NCBI GenBank assembly: GCA_041242255.1
Contig: JBESAV010000001.1
Coordinates: forward strand, 640,001-704,000
Origin: Candidatus Altimarinota bacterium
GTDB lineage: Bacteria > Patescibacteriota > Gracilibacteria > UBA1369 > GCA-2718715
Length of the DNA stretch: 64,000 nucleotides
Reading direction: 5' to 3'
The translations under genes and the position numbers were made by a program. This document shows positions 44,811-54,473 of this stretch, one piece after another. How positions within the stretch are numbered: the stretch's first letter is position 1; every line of letters begins with the position of its first letter. The notes under the pieces are model-generated. The model worked only from the letters and a program-made list of their open reading frames with translations. It had not been told where the DNA came from and searched no databases.

Positions 44811-46100
44811 TTAGCTATCTTGTTTTTCTTTGTAGGCCATAATTTTCTTAACATTTGTTGGTGCAAGACCTTTAATACCTTTAAGAGTATTTTCATCAAG
44901 AGCTAAAATCTCAGGAAGAGAAGTTAGTCCAGCTTCAGATAATGCATCCAATGCTTTATTACTTAAGTCCAATACAGCAAGACCATCAGTAGAATTTTTA
45001 TCTAAATCTTCTGGCTTAACACCTAGAATAGAAAGACCAATTCTATGATTAGCTGCATCGATATTAACAATAGTAGCTTCTACAACCTCATCTTTTTCAA
45101 TCTTGATTTCAGGTTTTTCATCAGCAAGTCTTTCAATTTCATTTACATGAATCAATCCATTAATATCTTTGCTAATCTCAACAAAAGCACCGTAGTCAGT
45201 TAATCTAGTAATCTTACCTTTGATTTTTTGACCTTCTTTGTAGTCTTTTGTTATTTCTTCCCACGGATCTTCACTCATTTGTTTCAAAGATAGAGAAATC
45301 TTCTCACCTTCAATCCCTATAATTTTAACTTCAATTTCATCACCGAGTTTTCCGTAATTTCCTGGATTATCAACGTGTCCCCAAGCAATTTCAGAAATAT
45401 GAACTAGACCTTCTAAACCATTGAATGTTACGAAGATACCAAAGTTCACTACACCACTGATTGTACCTTTTACAACATCTCCGATGTTTAGTTTCTTCAG
45501 TGATTGTTTTCTGTTGTCTGCAAATGCAGCTTTCTCAGAAAGAATAAGTTTCTTAGTAGCATGATCAATATTGATAACTCTAACACTAATAGTCTTACCA
45601 ATTAATTTCTTAAGTCTAGCTAAGATTTTAGCACTGTCAGCTCCATTTACACGAGGGTAATTAAGAGGTGCAAGTTGCGATACTGGGATAAACCCTTTAA
45701 TACCATCAACCTCAACAAGTAGACCACCTTTATTCGCATCATTAACTTTAACGTCAATAACTTCTTTATTATCGTGGATCTCCACAAATCTATTCCATGT
45801 TCTTTTTTGAGAAGCTTTTCTCAGAGAAAGAACCACAAGACCTTCTTCATTTTCAGGTTCAAGTACAAAAGCGCTAACTTCGTCACCTTCAGCAAGGTCG
45901 TTAATTGTACCAGCACTATCAACAGCTTCTTTACCAGCTATAATACCTACTGATATTCCACCTAGATCTACAAGTACATCTTTTTTATTAATAGTAATCA
46001 CTGAACCTTCAACAATAGTTCCAGGTTCTGGAAGTACTATTTCTGGAGCTTTATCACTTTTCAGTAACTCCTCCATTGTAACTAATTTTTTATCTGCCAT
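44811..46100 (-). CDS. rpsA: 30S ribosomal protein S1 (4 S1 domains plus C-terminal HhH/alpha-CTD-like domain)
   Basis: S1 repeats (NKGGL...GFIPVSQL; FGIFV...EGLVHISEIAW; YGAFV...GLIHVNEI). Confidence 0.93.
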   Translation of the reverse strand: MADKKLVTMEELLKSDKAPEIVLPEPGTIVEGSVITINKKDVLVDLGGISVGIIAGKEAVDSAGTINDLAEGDEVSAFVLEPENEEGLVVLSLRKASQKRTWNRFVEIHDNKEVIDVKVNDANKGGLLVEVDGIKGFIPVSQLAPLNYPRVNGADSAKILARLKKLIGKTISVRVINIDHATKKLILSEKAAFADNRKQSLKKLNIGDVVKGTISGVVNFGIFVTFNGLEGLVHISEIAWGHVDNPGNYGKLGDEIEVKIIGIEGEKISLSLKQMSEDPWEEITKDYKEGQKIKGKITRLTDYGAFVEISKDINGLIHVNEIERLADEKPEIKIEKDEVVEATIVNIDAANHRIGLSILGVKPEDLDKNSTDGLAVLDLSNKALDALSEAGLTSLPEILALDENTLKGIKGLAPTNVKKIMAYKEKQDS

Positions 46101-46208
46101 ATCTATATTTCTTTAAACCACTAAATTAATACCGCTCGTGATCCTCGGGTTTAAATTAAAGAATCCACAAGCGGCTAAATTCTACAAGAAATACCAATAT
46201 TAGCAAGT

Positions 46209-48788
46209 TTATTTCTCCACCTTAAAGCTTAATCCATTACCCTGCTTGCCAACTTTTACAGTTTCACCTTTTTTAAGTTCGCCATCTATTATCATATTGG
46301 CTACTTGGTCTTCAACTAGCTCCTGTATTTTTCTTCTAGCAGGTCTTGCACCATACTCTCGCTCATATCCAACTGTCGCTAGGTAATCAACTGCTGCATC
46401 TGTCACATGAATATTTATTTCCTGCTTCTGAAGTCTTTTCTCTACACTTTTCAGAAGTAGTGACACAATCTCCTTAACATTAGCGTGTGTTAGAGCATCA
46501 AAAACAATAATCTTATCAATCCTATTCAAAAACTCAGGCTTAAAATGCTTCTTAACATCTCCCATTATCTCTTTCTTGGTAGTTTCAAACTCAGCTTTTA
46601 ACTTTTCTTCCTTACTTTGAGCTAGGTTAAATCCAATGGCCGCAGACTTATTAGTAAGACGCTTAGCTCCTATGTTTGAGGTCATTACAATAATAGTATT
46701 CTTGAAATCAATCTTTCGACCTTTACCATCTGTCAAAACCCCATCTTCTAGGATTTGTAGTAATAAATTAAAGAAGTCCGGATGAGCCTTCTCTACCTCA
46801 TCAAACAAAATCACAGAATAAGGTTTCCTTTTTACCGCTTCAGTAAGTTGACCTCCATCTTCATAACCGACGTACCCAGCTGTCGTTCCAGTTAGTCTAG
46901 ATGAAGAATGTTTCTCCATGAACTCACTCATATCTATCTTAATCAAAGCTTTCTCGTCATCAAATACTTCCTTAGCAATCGTTTTAACTAGCTCAGTTTT
47001 ACCAACCCCAGTTGGACCTAAGAATAAAAACGAACCATTTGGCCTATTTTGATCTGCAATACCAGCTCTTGCTCTTCGTATAGCCTTAGCAACTTCAGAT
47101 ACTGCTTCCTCCTGACCAATAATTGATTTGTGTAAAATTGATTCAAGGTTCTTTAGCTTCTTCATATCTGATGCAATCAACTTCTGTACAGGTATACCTG
47201 TCATTTTATTTACTATTGCTGCGATATTTTCTGTTGAAATCCTAGGTCTTTTATTTCTTGGGATTTTTGACGCTTTCAGTTCTTGAATTTCTTGAACAAC
47301 TTCCAATTCGCTATCTCGAAGTTCAGCTGCTTTTTCATAGTCTTGCTTAGACACAGCTTGTTCTTTTCTCTTAATAATTTTAGCTAATTTTTCTTGTAAT
47401 TTTGTTAACTCATTCTTATCTTCAACGGATGTAACTCTTTTTAATGCACAAGCCTCATCTATAAGGTCAATAGCCTTATCCGGTAGAAATTTATTAGTAA
47501 TATATCTTGAAGAAAGCTCAACAGCTTGTTCCACCGCATCATCTGTAATCATTAGATTATGATGGTCTTCAAGTCCATCTCTTAGCCCCATAATTATTTG
47601 AACTGAGTCCTCCAACGATGGCTCAGCCACTTTTATCTGCTGGAACCTTCTATCTAAAGCAGCATCATTCTCAATAGATTTTCGGTATTCATCAGTTGTA
47701 GTAGCACCTATGACCTGAAGTTTAGCCCTACTTAAAGCTGGCTTAAGTATGTTTGCTGCATCTAAACTACCTTCTGCTGAACCAGCACCAATCAAAGTAT
47801 GTATTTCATCAATGAACAAAATAATATTAGGAACTGACATTGCCTCTTCTACGATCAATTTTATTCTTTCTTCAAATTCACCTCTATATTTTGTTCCAGC
47901 TACAACTGAACCCATTGAAAGCGACAATATTTTCTTATCTCTAATACTATCAGGAGCTTCACCACCCGCAATCATCCTAGCTAAACCTTCTACAATTGCA
48001 GTTTTACCAACTCCAGGTTCTCCGATCAAGACTGGGTTATTTTTATTTTTTCTATTCAAAATAGAAATCATTCTTTGTATCTCTTCACCACGACCTATAA
48101 CAGGATCTAGTTTTCCATCCTTAGCCTCTTCGGTTATATCAGTTGTGAAATAATCTAAAGTAGGAGTTTTTGATTTTCCTTTTTTAGCATTTTTCTTGTA
48201 GGCGGGTTGATTCATTTGATTTTGATTCATAGGAACCATTCCTTGCAAACCAGAGAAAATCAATTCAATTGGATTCTGAGGTATTTGTTGGTTCCCAGCA
48301 GATGATTCATTTCCAGATTGAACCTGTTTAGTTTTAGCAAAAATATCTTCAATTTGCTCCTTAATGTGAGCAGGGTTGATTTTCATATTCTCAAGTATAA
48401 CTGTTGCAGCTGTATTATCTTGTGAGACTAGCGAGTACAGTAAGTGCTCTGTACCAACGAAACTGTGGTTAAATTTATGAGCAATGGCAATTGCACCCTC
48501 TATGACTTGTTTAGCAAATCCGGACAAGCCACCTGGCTTAGTTTTTGTTTTGCTTGATTTTGGTGCAGCGGTTCTACCAACAGTTTTTAAAACCAATTCT
48601 ACAGTGTCAGATGCAACTCCAAAGTTATTTAGTATAGTAGCACCAAGGGATTGTTCTTGTTTTAATATACCTATCAGAATATGTTCTGTTCCTACGTATG
48701 ACAGGCTAGCTTCTTGTGCTTTCTCTTGAGCAATAACCAGTGCATTCTTTGCTTCTTTTGTAAATTTTTCGAAAAAATTATCTTCCAT
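46209..48788 (-). CDS. clpC: ClpC family AAA+ ATPase
   Basis: Two Clp-N repeats (GTEH), GEPGVGKT, UVR (QDYEKAAELRD), GPTGVGKT, GARP.RR. Confidence 0.95.
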   Translation of the reverse strand: MEDNFFEKFTKEAKNALVIAQEKAQEASLSYVGTEHILIGILKQEQSLGATILNNFGVASDTVELVLKTVGRTAAPKSSKTKTKPGGLSGFAKQVIEGAIAIAHKFNHSFVGTEHLLYSLVSQDNTAATVILENMKINPAHIKEQIEDIFAKTKQVQSGNESSAGNQQIPQNPIELIFSGLQGMVPMNQNQMNQPAYKKNAKKGKSKTPTLDYFTTDITEEAKDGKLDPVIGRGEEIQRMISILNRKNKNNPVLIGEPGVGKTAIVEGLARMIAGGEAPDSIRDKKILSLSMGSVVAGTKYRGEFEERIKLIVEEAMSVPNIILFIDEIHTLIGAGSAEGSLDAANILKPALSRAKLQVIGATTTDEYRKSIENDAALDRRFQQIKVAEPSLEDSVQIIMGLRDGLEDHHNLMITDDAVEQAVELSSRYITNKFLPDKAIDLIDEACALKRVTSVEDKNELTKLQEKLAKIIKRKEQAVSKQDYEKAAELRDSELEVVQEIQELKASKIPRNKRPRISTENIAAIVNKMTGIPVQKLIASDMKKLKNLESILHKSIIGQEEAVSEVAKAIRRARAGIADQNRPNGSFLFLGPTGVGKTELVKTIAKEVFDDEKALIKIDMSEFMEKHSSSRLTGTTAGYVGYEDGGQLTEAVKRKPYSVILFDEVEKAHPDFFNLLLQILEDGVLTDGKGRKIDFKNTIIVMTSNIGAKRLTNKSAAIGFNLAQSKEEKLKAEFETTKKEIMGDVKKHFKPEFLNRIDKIIVFDALTHANVKEIVSLLLKSVEKRLQKQEINIHVTDAAVDYLATVGYEREYGARPARRKIQELVEDQVANMIIDGELKKGETVKVGKQGNGLSFKVEK

Positions 48789-48877
48789 GTTTTTGAATTT
48801 ATATGATTCAATTTTATCACTTAATTTGAGTATTTACCCTAAAACAGATTTTACAAGCTTAGTAAATATATAACAAA

Positions 48878-48904
48878 TTAGCACTCTTTATTTTAGAGTG
48901 CTAA
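48878..48904. promoter_or_regulatory. perfect CIRCE upstream of clpC
   Basis: TTAGCACTC-tttatttta-GAGTGCTAA, exact consensus. Confidence 0.95.
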
Positions 48905-48925
48905 TTAAGTGTTGTCAAAATGTTT

Positions 48926-50425
48926 TTATAGATCTATCTCAACCATCGTTTGAGCCATAATATTAAGCTCTTCAGAATAGTCATTTCCACCAGAGATCTT
49001 AACTAAGTCACCATCATTAACCTCGACATAATAAATAATTTCATCACCAGAGGTGCTTCTTTTTATATTACTCGAAACACTTGTTCCACTCACACTATCA
49101 AAATCATCATCGACTGCCTCAATTGTGACTAAAGTCTCTCCTTCAGGAAGAGGATCTTTAGCAAATCTGTAGATATTACTTCCACCTGCATAATACCATT
49201 GTCTTGGATAATGAAATCCTAGAGACATAGGTCGGCTTTCAAAATATCTATAACCTTCTTTTACATCAACTTGTCTATATCCATCTGATTCAACAAATAC
49301 CATCTTCATTGGCCTGTCATAAGCTAAGTTATCACCAGATACCAACTCCCAATCAGTACTAGTTCCTTCTTCAAAATAAGCTACTTCCTCCAAGCTACTT
49401 CCATTGATTTTGAAAAGCTTTCGGAATTCTGCCTCATCGCTATCAGTGTAGGACACATACACATAGTTATTATCTGTAATAGAATAATTAAAAATCTCTA
49501 CGTCACTCCCTAGTAGAGCTGACTTATTAGAGTTAACAGCATTAACAATATTCGTCACTTCTCCAGATAGACCACTCAAGTCTACAGGTTCAGATACCGT
49601 TATCTCATCATCGGTAGTTCCATCTTCATTAGAATCATTTGTAGTATCCTCGGCTGGTTCTGATTCATCTATATCAGATAACTCATTAGTAACTTCCTCA
49701 GTTATATCTTCCGGATTGAAGTAAATATTATCAATAATATTATTGATCTCTAAGTTCATCTCAGCGTTATTACTTCCGTCTGAGTTGAAGATAATTTCAT
49801 AAATAACACCTGGAGTATTGTGTATATAAACTGACCTACCTGCAGCAAGATTAAGACGTGAATATCTATCACCATTAGCAGACTGTACGTCTTGAGGGAT
49901 TTGATCTCCATAATTTTCGTCTAAATATATTTCAAGATCTAGCTCTAGTCCTTTCTGTATGCTTCTAACAGAAAAACTATGAGTTTCAGCCACAAAATTC
50001 ACTAAAGAACTTGATTCAGATATTTCATATTTATCCTCAGGTATTTCAATTTCAAAACCTTTATCTTCAAACTCAAATAAAAATGGTTCGGAACTCAAGC
50101 TTCCTTCCTCAAGCACATCTCTACTTTCAACAAGCAAGATAGTTTCACCACCATCGGTAACTTCTGCTACACCGGTTACTCTTAGTTTACCACCTTCATA
50201 TTCACTCAAGTCAAACAAGTCACTCCTTAAGTAAACAGTTTCTCCAGTGTCTGCCTCTAGAATATGTGTAGCATTTAAAGAGGATTCATTAACACCAACA
50301 GTACCTACAAATGACTGCATGTTGTATGAACTGTCTATCTCGGTTTCAACTTCATCACCACCAAAACATCCCGTTAACAATAGGGAAGTACAACTAATAG
50401 CTAATATTGCTATAAATTTTTTCAT
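48926..50425 (-). CDS. putative acidic lipoprotein
   Basis: Lipobox LLTGC; D/E-rich. Confidence 0.8.
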   Translation of the reverse strand: MKKFIAILAISCTSLLLTGCFGGDEVETEIDSSYNMQSFVGTVGVNESSLNATHILEADTGETVYLRSDLFDLSEYEGGKLRVTGVAEVTDGGETILLVESRDVLEEGSLSSEPFLFEFEDKGFEIEIPEDKYEISESSSLVNFVAETHSFSVRSIQKGLELDLEIYLDENYGDQIPQDVQSANGDRYSRLNLAAGRSVYIHNTPGVIYEIIFNSDGSNNAEMNLEINNIIDNIYFNPEDITEEVTNELSDIDESEPAEDTTNDSNEDGTTDDEITVSEPVDLSGLSGEVTNIVNAVNSNKSALLGSDVEIFNYSITDNNYVYVSYTDSDEAEFRKLFKINGSSLEEVAYFEEGTSTDWELVSGDNLAYDRPMKMVFVESDGYRQVDVKEGYRYFESRPMSLGFHYPRQWYYAGGSNIYRFAKDPLPEGETLVTIEAVDDDFDSVSGTSVSSNIKRSTSGDEIIYYVEVNDGDLVKISGGNDYSEELNIMAQTMVEIDL

Positions 50426-50439
50426 ATATTTTGTTTAAA

Positions 50440-51456
50440 TTACTCTAAACTGCCCGCAAATTTTAAACCTTTTGGCGTCAAAAGTCTACCTCTATGAGTT
50501 CTTTGGATTAATCCTAGTCTTATAAGGTAAGGTTCGTGTAAGTTCTCTACAGTCTCGACAGATTCATGAACAGCAGCTGCAATACTTTTCAAACCTATTG
50601 CACCTCTTTCTGCATTTTCACTTAATAAATTTAGAATTCTTAAATCAGTCTGATCCATACCAATAGGGGATATAGACAATTTCTCTAGTACCTCAAGAAC
50701 AAGCTTAGCATCCACATTATCTACTCCTTTTACAAGAGCATAATCTCTAACTCTTTTTAAAATATTATTCGATATCCTCGGAGTACCTCTTGATGCATCA
50801 GCTATAGCCTTTACTCCACTTTTATTAACTTTAAGCCCTAGCTTCTCTGAATTATTAGCGATAATTTCGCATAAGTTTTCATTCTTATATAAATTTAGTT
50901 TCAAAACTGCCCCAAACCTGTCCCTCAATGGAGATGAAAGTTTATCAAGCAGTGTAGTAGCCCCAACTAAAGTAAATTTTGGTATATCTAAGCGCATACT
51001 TTTAGCACTAGGACCTTTACCCATAACTAAATCAATCACAAAATCTTCCATCGCGGTATAAAGTATTTCTTCTACATTTGGTCTTAATCTATGTATCTCA
51101 TCAATAAATAAAACGTCCTTCTCAGTCATATTCGATAATATAGCAGCTACGTCACCTGGTTTTGTTAAGGCTTGCCCAGAAGTAGTATGTAGGTTAACCC
51201 CGAGTTCTGTGGAAATTATTCTAGAAATAGAAGTCTTTCCAAGGCCTGGAAAACCATAAAACAACAAGTGATCACAATGAGCATCACGATGTTTAGCAGA
51301 ATCTACCATTATTTTAACTTGCTCTAAAACCTTGTTTTGCCCAATAAAGTCATCAAAACCAATGGGCCGTAAATCACTACTATCTTTATCAGATTCATTT
51401 AAGTCTACAAAAGGCTTATTCTTGGTTTCCTGTGTCTGTATTGATTCTTCTATCAT
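50440..51456 (-). CDS. ruvB: Holliday junction helicase RuvB
   Basis: LRP...DFIGQ, G.PGLGKT, FIDEIHR, GATT, PLRDRFG, RGTPR. Start set at ATG 51456. Confidence 0.96.
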   Translation of the reverse strand: MIEESIQTQETKNKPFVDLNESDKDSSDLRPIGFDDFIGQNKVLEQVKIMVDSAKHRDAHCDHLLFYGFPGLGKTSISRIISTELGVNLHTTSGQALTKPGDVAAILSNMTEKDVLFIDEIHRLRPNVEEILYTAMEDFVIDLVMGKGPSAKSMRLDIPKFTLVGATTLLDKLSSPLRDRFGAVLKLNLYKNENLCEIIANNSEKLGLKVNKSGVKAIADASRGTPRISNNILKRVRDYALVKGVDNVDAKLVLEVLEKLSISPIGMDQTDLRILNLLSENAERGAIGLKSIAAAVHESVETVENLHEPYLIRLGLIQRTHRGRLLTPKGLKFAGSLE

Positions 51457-51943
51457 TGTTACTGTGCTTAATGGCAAGAGTCTGAATGAATTTCTTAATC
51501 TCATTCGGATTAGGTGCTTCAATAAACTCAATTGCAGTTTTATTTGAGGCACTCTTTATCTCCACTGTACCAAAATCTAACAATGGTAGTAAGGACAAAA
51601 AACCATTTTCTCTAGAAACTATGTCTTGAATATCTTTTAATTCTGTTTCTACTTCCACCTTCACAGTGAGGTATTTCCAGTCAATAAAAATGACTCTTTT
51701 GTTGGTAATGACAAGTCTATCTAACCAGTAAACTAAACTTGCGTAGATCAGTAAAAGCGCAAATATAAAAAGTATCAATGAGTAAGCTACAACTGCAGTA
51801 TTGAAAGATATTGAGTCTTTTAGGAGATACAAAATAAAGAAAAAGGGCAAAGTTATAATCAATAGCTCAGACACTGTCACTAAAAAAGGGAACAAGCTGT
51901 GGTAGTAAATCTTTAAGATTATTTCGTCCTTATCTAAGTGCAT
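51416..51943 (-). CDS. membrane protein with bacterial PH-like domain
   Basis: Two TMs, then LVITNKRVI, IQD, DFGTVEI.SA. Confidence 0.8.
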   Translation of the reverse strand: MHLDKDEIILKIYYHSLFPFLVTVSELLIITLPFFFILYLLKDSISFNTAVVAYSLILFIFALLLIYASLVYWLDRLVITNKRVIFIDWKYLTVKVEVETELKDIQDIVSRENGFLSLLPLLDFGTVEIKSASNKTAIEFIEAPNPNEIKKFIQTLAIKHSNNDRRINTDTGNQE

Positions 51944-52036
51944 CCCAAATGTTAAATGTGCTAAATGTTAAAACAAAAATAAAGTTCTGTCAATAAACCT
52001 GTCAATGTGATATAATAATCTAATGTAAAAAACTAT

Positions 52037-53623
52037 ATGAAAAAAATTTTATCCTTCCTCTGGGTAATAACAATACTTGGAGCATCAACATTCGTTGCGA
52101 CTGCTTACAGCAATAACCAAAAACATGAAGTCATCCAGATCTCCCTACAAGACTCAACAAGTCAAGCTCTTCAAGAATATGAAGAAGAGGTATATCAAAA
52201 GAAGTTCAGATTAATTCATAACGGAAAAGAATACTCAACTACTATTAAAGAGTTAGGTTTAGACATACAAGCTGATCAACAAAAATCATATTTAAATGAT
52301 ATTTCAAATCTAATCTCACCTTTCACCAAACAAAGAAACCTAGGCATTAACCTAAGTATAGTCGATAGTAGTTACTTAAACCAAAATATACTAAAAGTTT
52401 TAGGTTTAAATTCAGAGCCAATCGAACCAAGCATCTTGTACAAAGATAACAGTATTCAAACTATACAAGGTGAAAATGGATATGTAGTTCTAAATTTAGA
52501 TGAAATAGAAGAGGCCTTACTCACCCAAGAGCCTACAATTACTATTCAAACTCAAACAATAAGCCCAAGCACCTCCGAGCAAGAAATACTAGAACAAAAA
52601 GAACTCCTAGAGCAATTCTCAGAGCAAACCATTACTTTAAAAGATCCTAACAGCCTTTTCACCAAAGACCTAATAGTCAGCAAGGAAGATGTTCAAGTTG
52701 ATTCATCAGCTCTTTACTATCTAAATGAAGAGACTTTTAACAATCTACATCAAGAGCTTAAAGAAAATATAGAACAAAAAAGAGAAGACCTAATTATTAA
52801 TAGCATTGATACTGATACAAACCAGGCAGAGCTGGAAGGTGACTTAAAAGACGGATATTCATTAAGCAAAGAGTCTCTCAAGCAAACCCTAATTACAACT
52901 CTTAACACTGAATTAAAAACTGCAGAGCTTAAAGTAGATGTAGACAAAGCTGAGGTGATTAACAACTTCAATGACCAGACATATACTTTATTAGGTAGAG
53001 GTATATCTAACTATACTGGTTCGGGAGCAGGTAGAGCCCACAATATTCAATTTGCCTCAGATACTAAGTATAAATCATTATTTATTCCACAAGGTTCAAA
53101 GTTTCAATTCAATTCTCACTTAGGTGGGCCAGTTACAATTTCTAGAGGTTGGCAAAATGCCTATGTTATCTCAGGAGGGAAAATAGTCCCTGCACCAGGA
53201 GGTGGAATCTGCCAAATGTCTACAACTGTATACAGAGCCGCACTTAACGCAGGATTACAAATAGATTGGGCCTCAAATCACAGCTTATACGTACACTATT
53301 ACACTGCTTACGGTGATGGTCTAGATGCCGCTATATTCCCAGGCAGCAAAGATCTACATTTCACAAATGATACACCTTCAGATGTAATTCTTCACAGTTA
53401 TTATAATGACAAACAAGATCTTATAGTTAACATCTTAGGAGCTGACGACGGTAGGGAAGTAGCACTGCATGGACCATTCACATCAGGAGACAATGGATCT
53501 AACCCATTTGACGTAACTACAAGAACCAATCAAATCAACTGGGTAAGACAAATCACCACAAAAGAAGGAGAAACTAAAAACGAAACTCTCACATCAACCT
53601 ACACAAACTTCTACAGGAAGTAG
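52037..53623 (+). CDS. VanW family protein
   Basis: R.HNI, F.FN..LG, GGGICQMSTTVYRAAL.AGL, HS...YY...G.DA.I. Confidence 0.9.
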   Translation: MKKILSFLWVITILGASTFVATAYSNNQKHEVIQISLQDSTSQALQEYEEEVYQKKFRLIHNGKEYSTTIKELGLDIQADQQKSYLNDISNLISPFTKQRNLGINLSIVDSSYLNQNILKVLGLNSEPIEPSILYKDNSIQTIQGENGYVVLNLDEIEEALLTQEPTITIQTQTISPSTSEQEILEQKELLEQFSEQTITLKDPNSLFTKDLIVSKEDVQVDSSALYYLNEETFNNLHQELKENIEQKREDLIINSIDTDTNQAELEGDLKDGYSLSKESLKQTLITTLNTELKTAELKVDVDKAEVINNFNDQTYTLLGRGISNYTGSGAGRAHNIQFASDTKYKSLFIPQGSKFQFNSHLGGPVTISRGWQNAYVISGGKIVPAPGGGICQMSTTVYRAALNAGLQIDWASNHSLYVHYYTAYGDGLDAAIFPGSKDLHFTNDTPSDVILHSYYNDKQDLIVNILGADDGREVALHGPFTSGDNGSNPFDVTTRTNQINWVRQITTKEGETKNETLTSTYTNFYRK

Positions 53624-54321
53624 TTATATCCGACCCAAAATAAATATATTAAAGGTAAGTGCAATAAGTAAAACGCAAGTGCCTTTTTTCCAATTACATC
53701 AAGTCCCATAATTTTCCATCCTTTCACATTATCCGGTAATTTCATAAACAAACCACCCAAGCTAAACCCTAGCAACACATATCCAAACCAGGGCACTAGA
53801 CCAAAGTAGTCGAAAGACTGAAACCCTTCTGGAGCAACCCCCAAAACAAACTCAATAGGCATGTTAGATATGTTTCTTGCTATAAATTCATGTATTGGAA
53901 GGACTATAAAAGCTGCTCCAAGCAAGAAATTAAAAGACTTAGGCAAGCTACTCATACCTATCATCAAAACATTTGCTAATGCTATAAAATGCAATATTCC
54001 AAGCACTACCCAATACTGAGGTATAACAATATAGCTAACAACTGACACCACAAATGCAGCAACACCAACTAGCATAGCTCTTCTAACCTGTTTCTCAGCA
54101 AAAGACTTAAAGCTTGAACGTCTACTCCATATCAGATAAGTACTCAGCCCAACTAAAGCTATGAAACTTATTCTTACAAACTGCCCAAGAGCAAATCCAG
54201 ACATCCCAAAAAGCCAAGATGTACTTGGCCTAAGAACAAAAATTCTAATTGCTTCAAAGTGATACAAGAACATCCCAGCACATGCTAAACCGCGCCAGGT
54301 ATCTAAAGCCTTATATCTCAT
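53611..54321 (-). CDS. DUF1624/HGSNAT-type membrane acyltransferase-like protein
   Basis: R..ALD..RG.A...M..YH, GILHFI, DYF.LVPW.G, L.FYLLH.P. Confidence 0.85.
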   Translation of the reverse strand: MRYKALDTWRGLACAGMFLYHFEAIRIFVLRPSTSWLFGMSGFALGQFVRISFIALVGLSTYLIWSRRSSFKSFAEKQVRRAMLVGVAAFVVSVVSYIVIPQYWVVLGILHFIALANVLMIGMSSLPKSFNFLLGAAFIVLPIHEFIARNISNMPIEFVLGVAPEGFQSFDYFGLVPWFGYVLLGFSLGGLFMKLPDNVKGWKIMGLDVIGKKALAFYLLHLPLIYLFWVGYNYFL

Positions 54322-54336
54322 ATGTATAAATATAAA

Positions 54337-54413
54337 TGGTACCCAAGAAAGGATTCGAACCTTTGACCTTCGCCTTAGAAGGGCGCTGCTCTATCCAGCT
54401 GAGCTACTTGGGC
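54337..54413 (-). tRNA. tRNA-Arg(TCT)
   Basis: Reverse complement GCCCAAGTAGCTCAGCTGGATAGAGCA-GCGCC-CTTCTAA-GGCGA...GTTCGAATCC..CTTGGGTACCA. Confidence 0.95.
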
Positions 54414-54473
54414 AAGATTAACGTGTAAAATTTAGCAAAACTTTCACGTTTGTAAAACCTTTTTTCAGATAAA

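Noticed and set aside
51457-51552. N-terminal extension of RuvB
   Set aside because: Overlaps the upstream gene extensively and has no RuvB similarity.
51947-51972. Three AAATGT copies between the PH-domain gene and vanW
   Set aside because: Short AT-rich hexamers with uneven spacing; compatible with chance.
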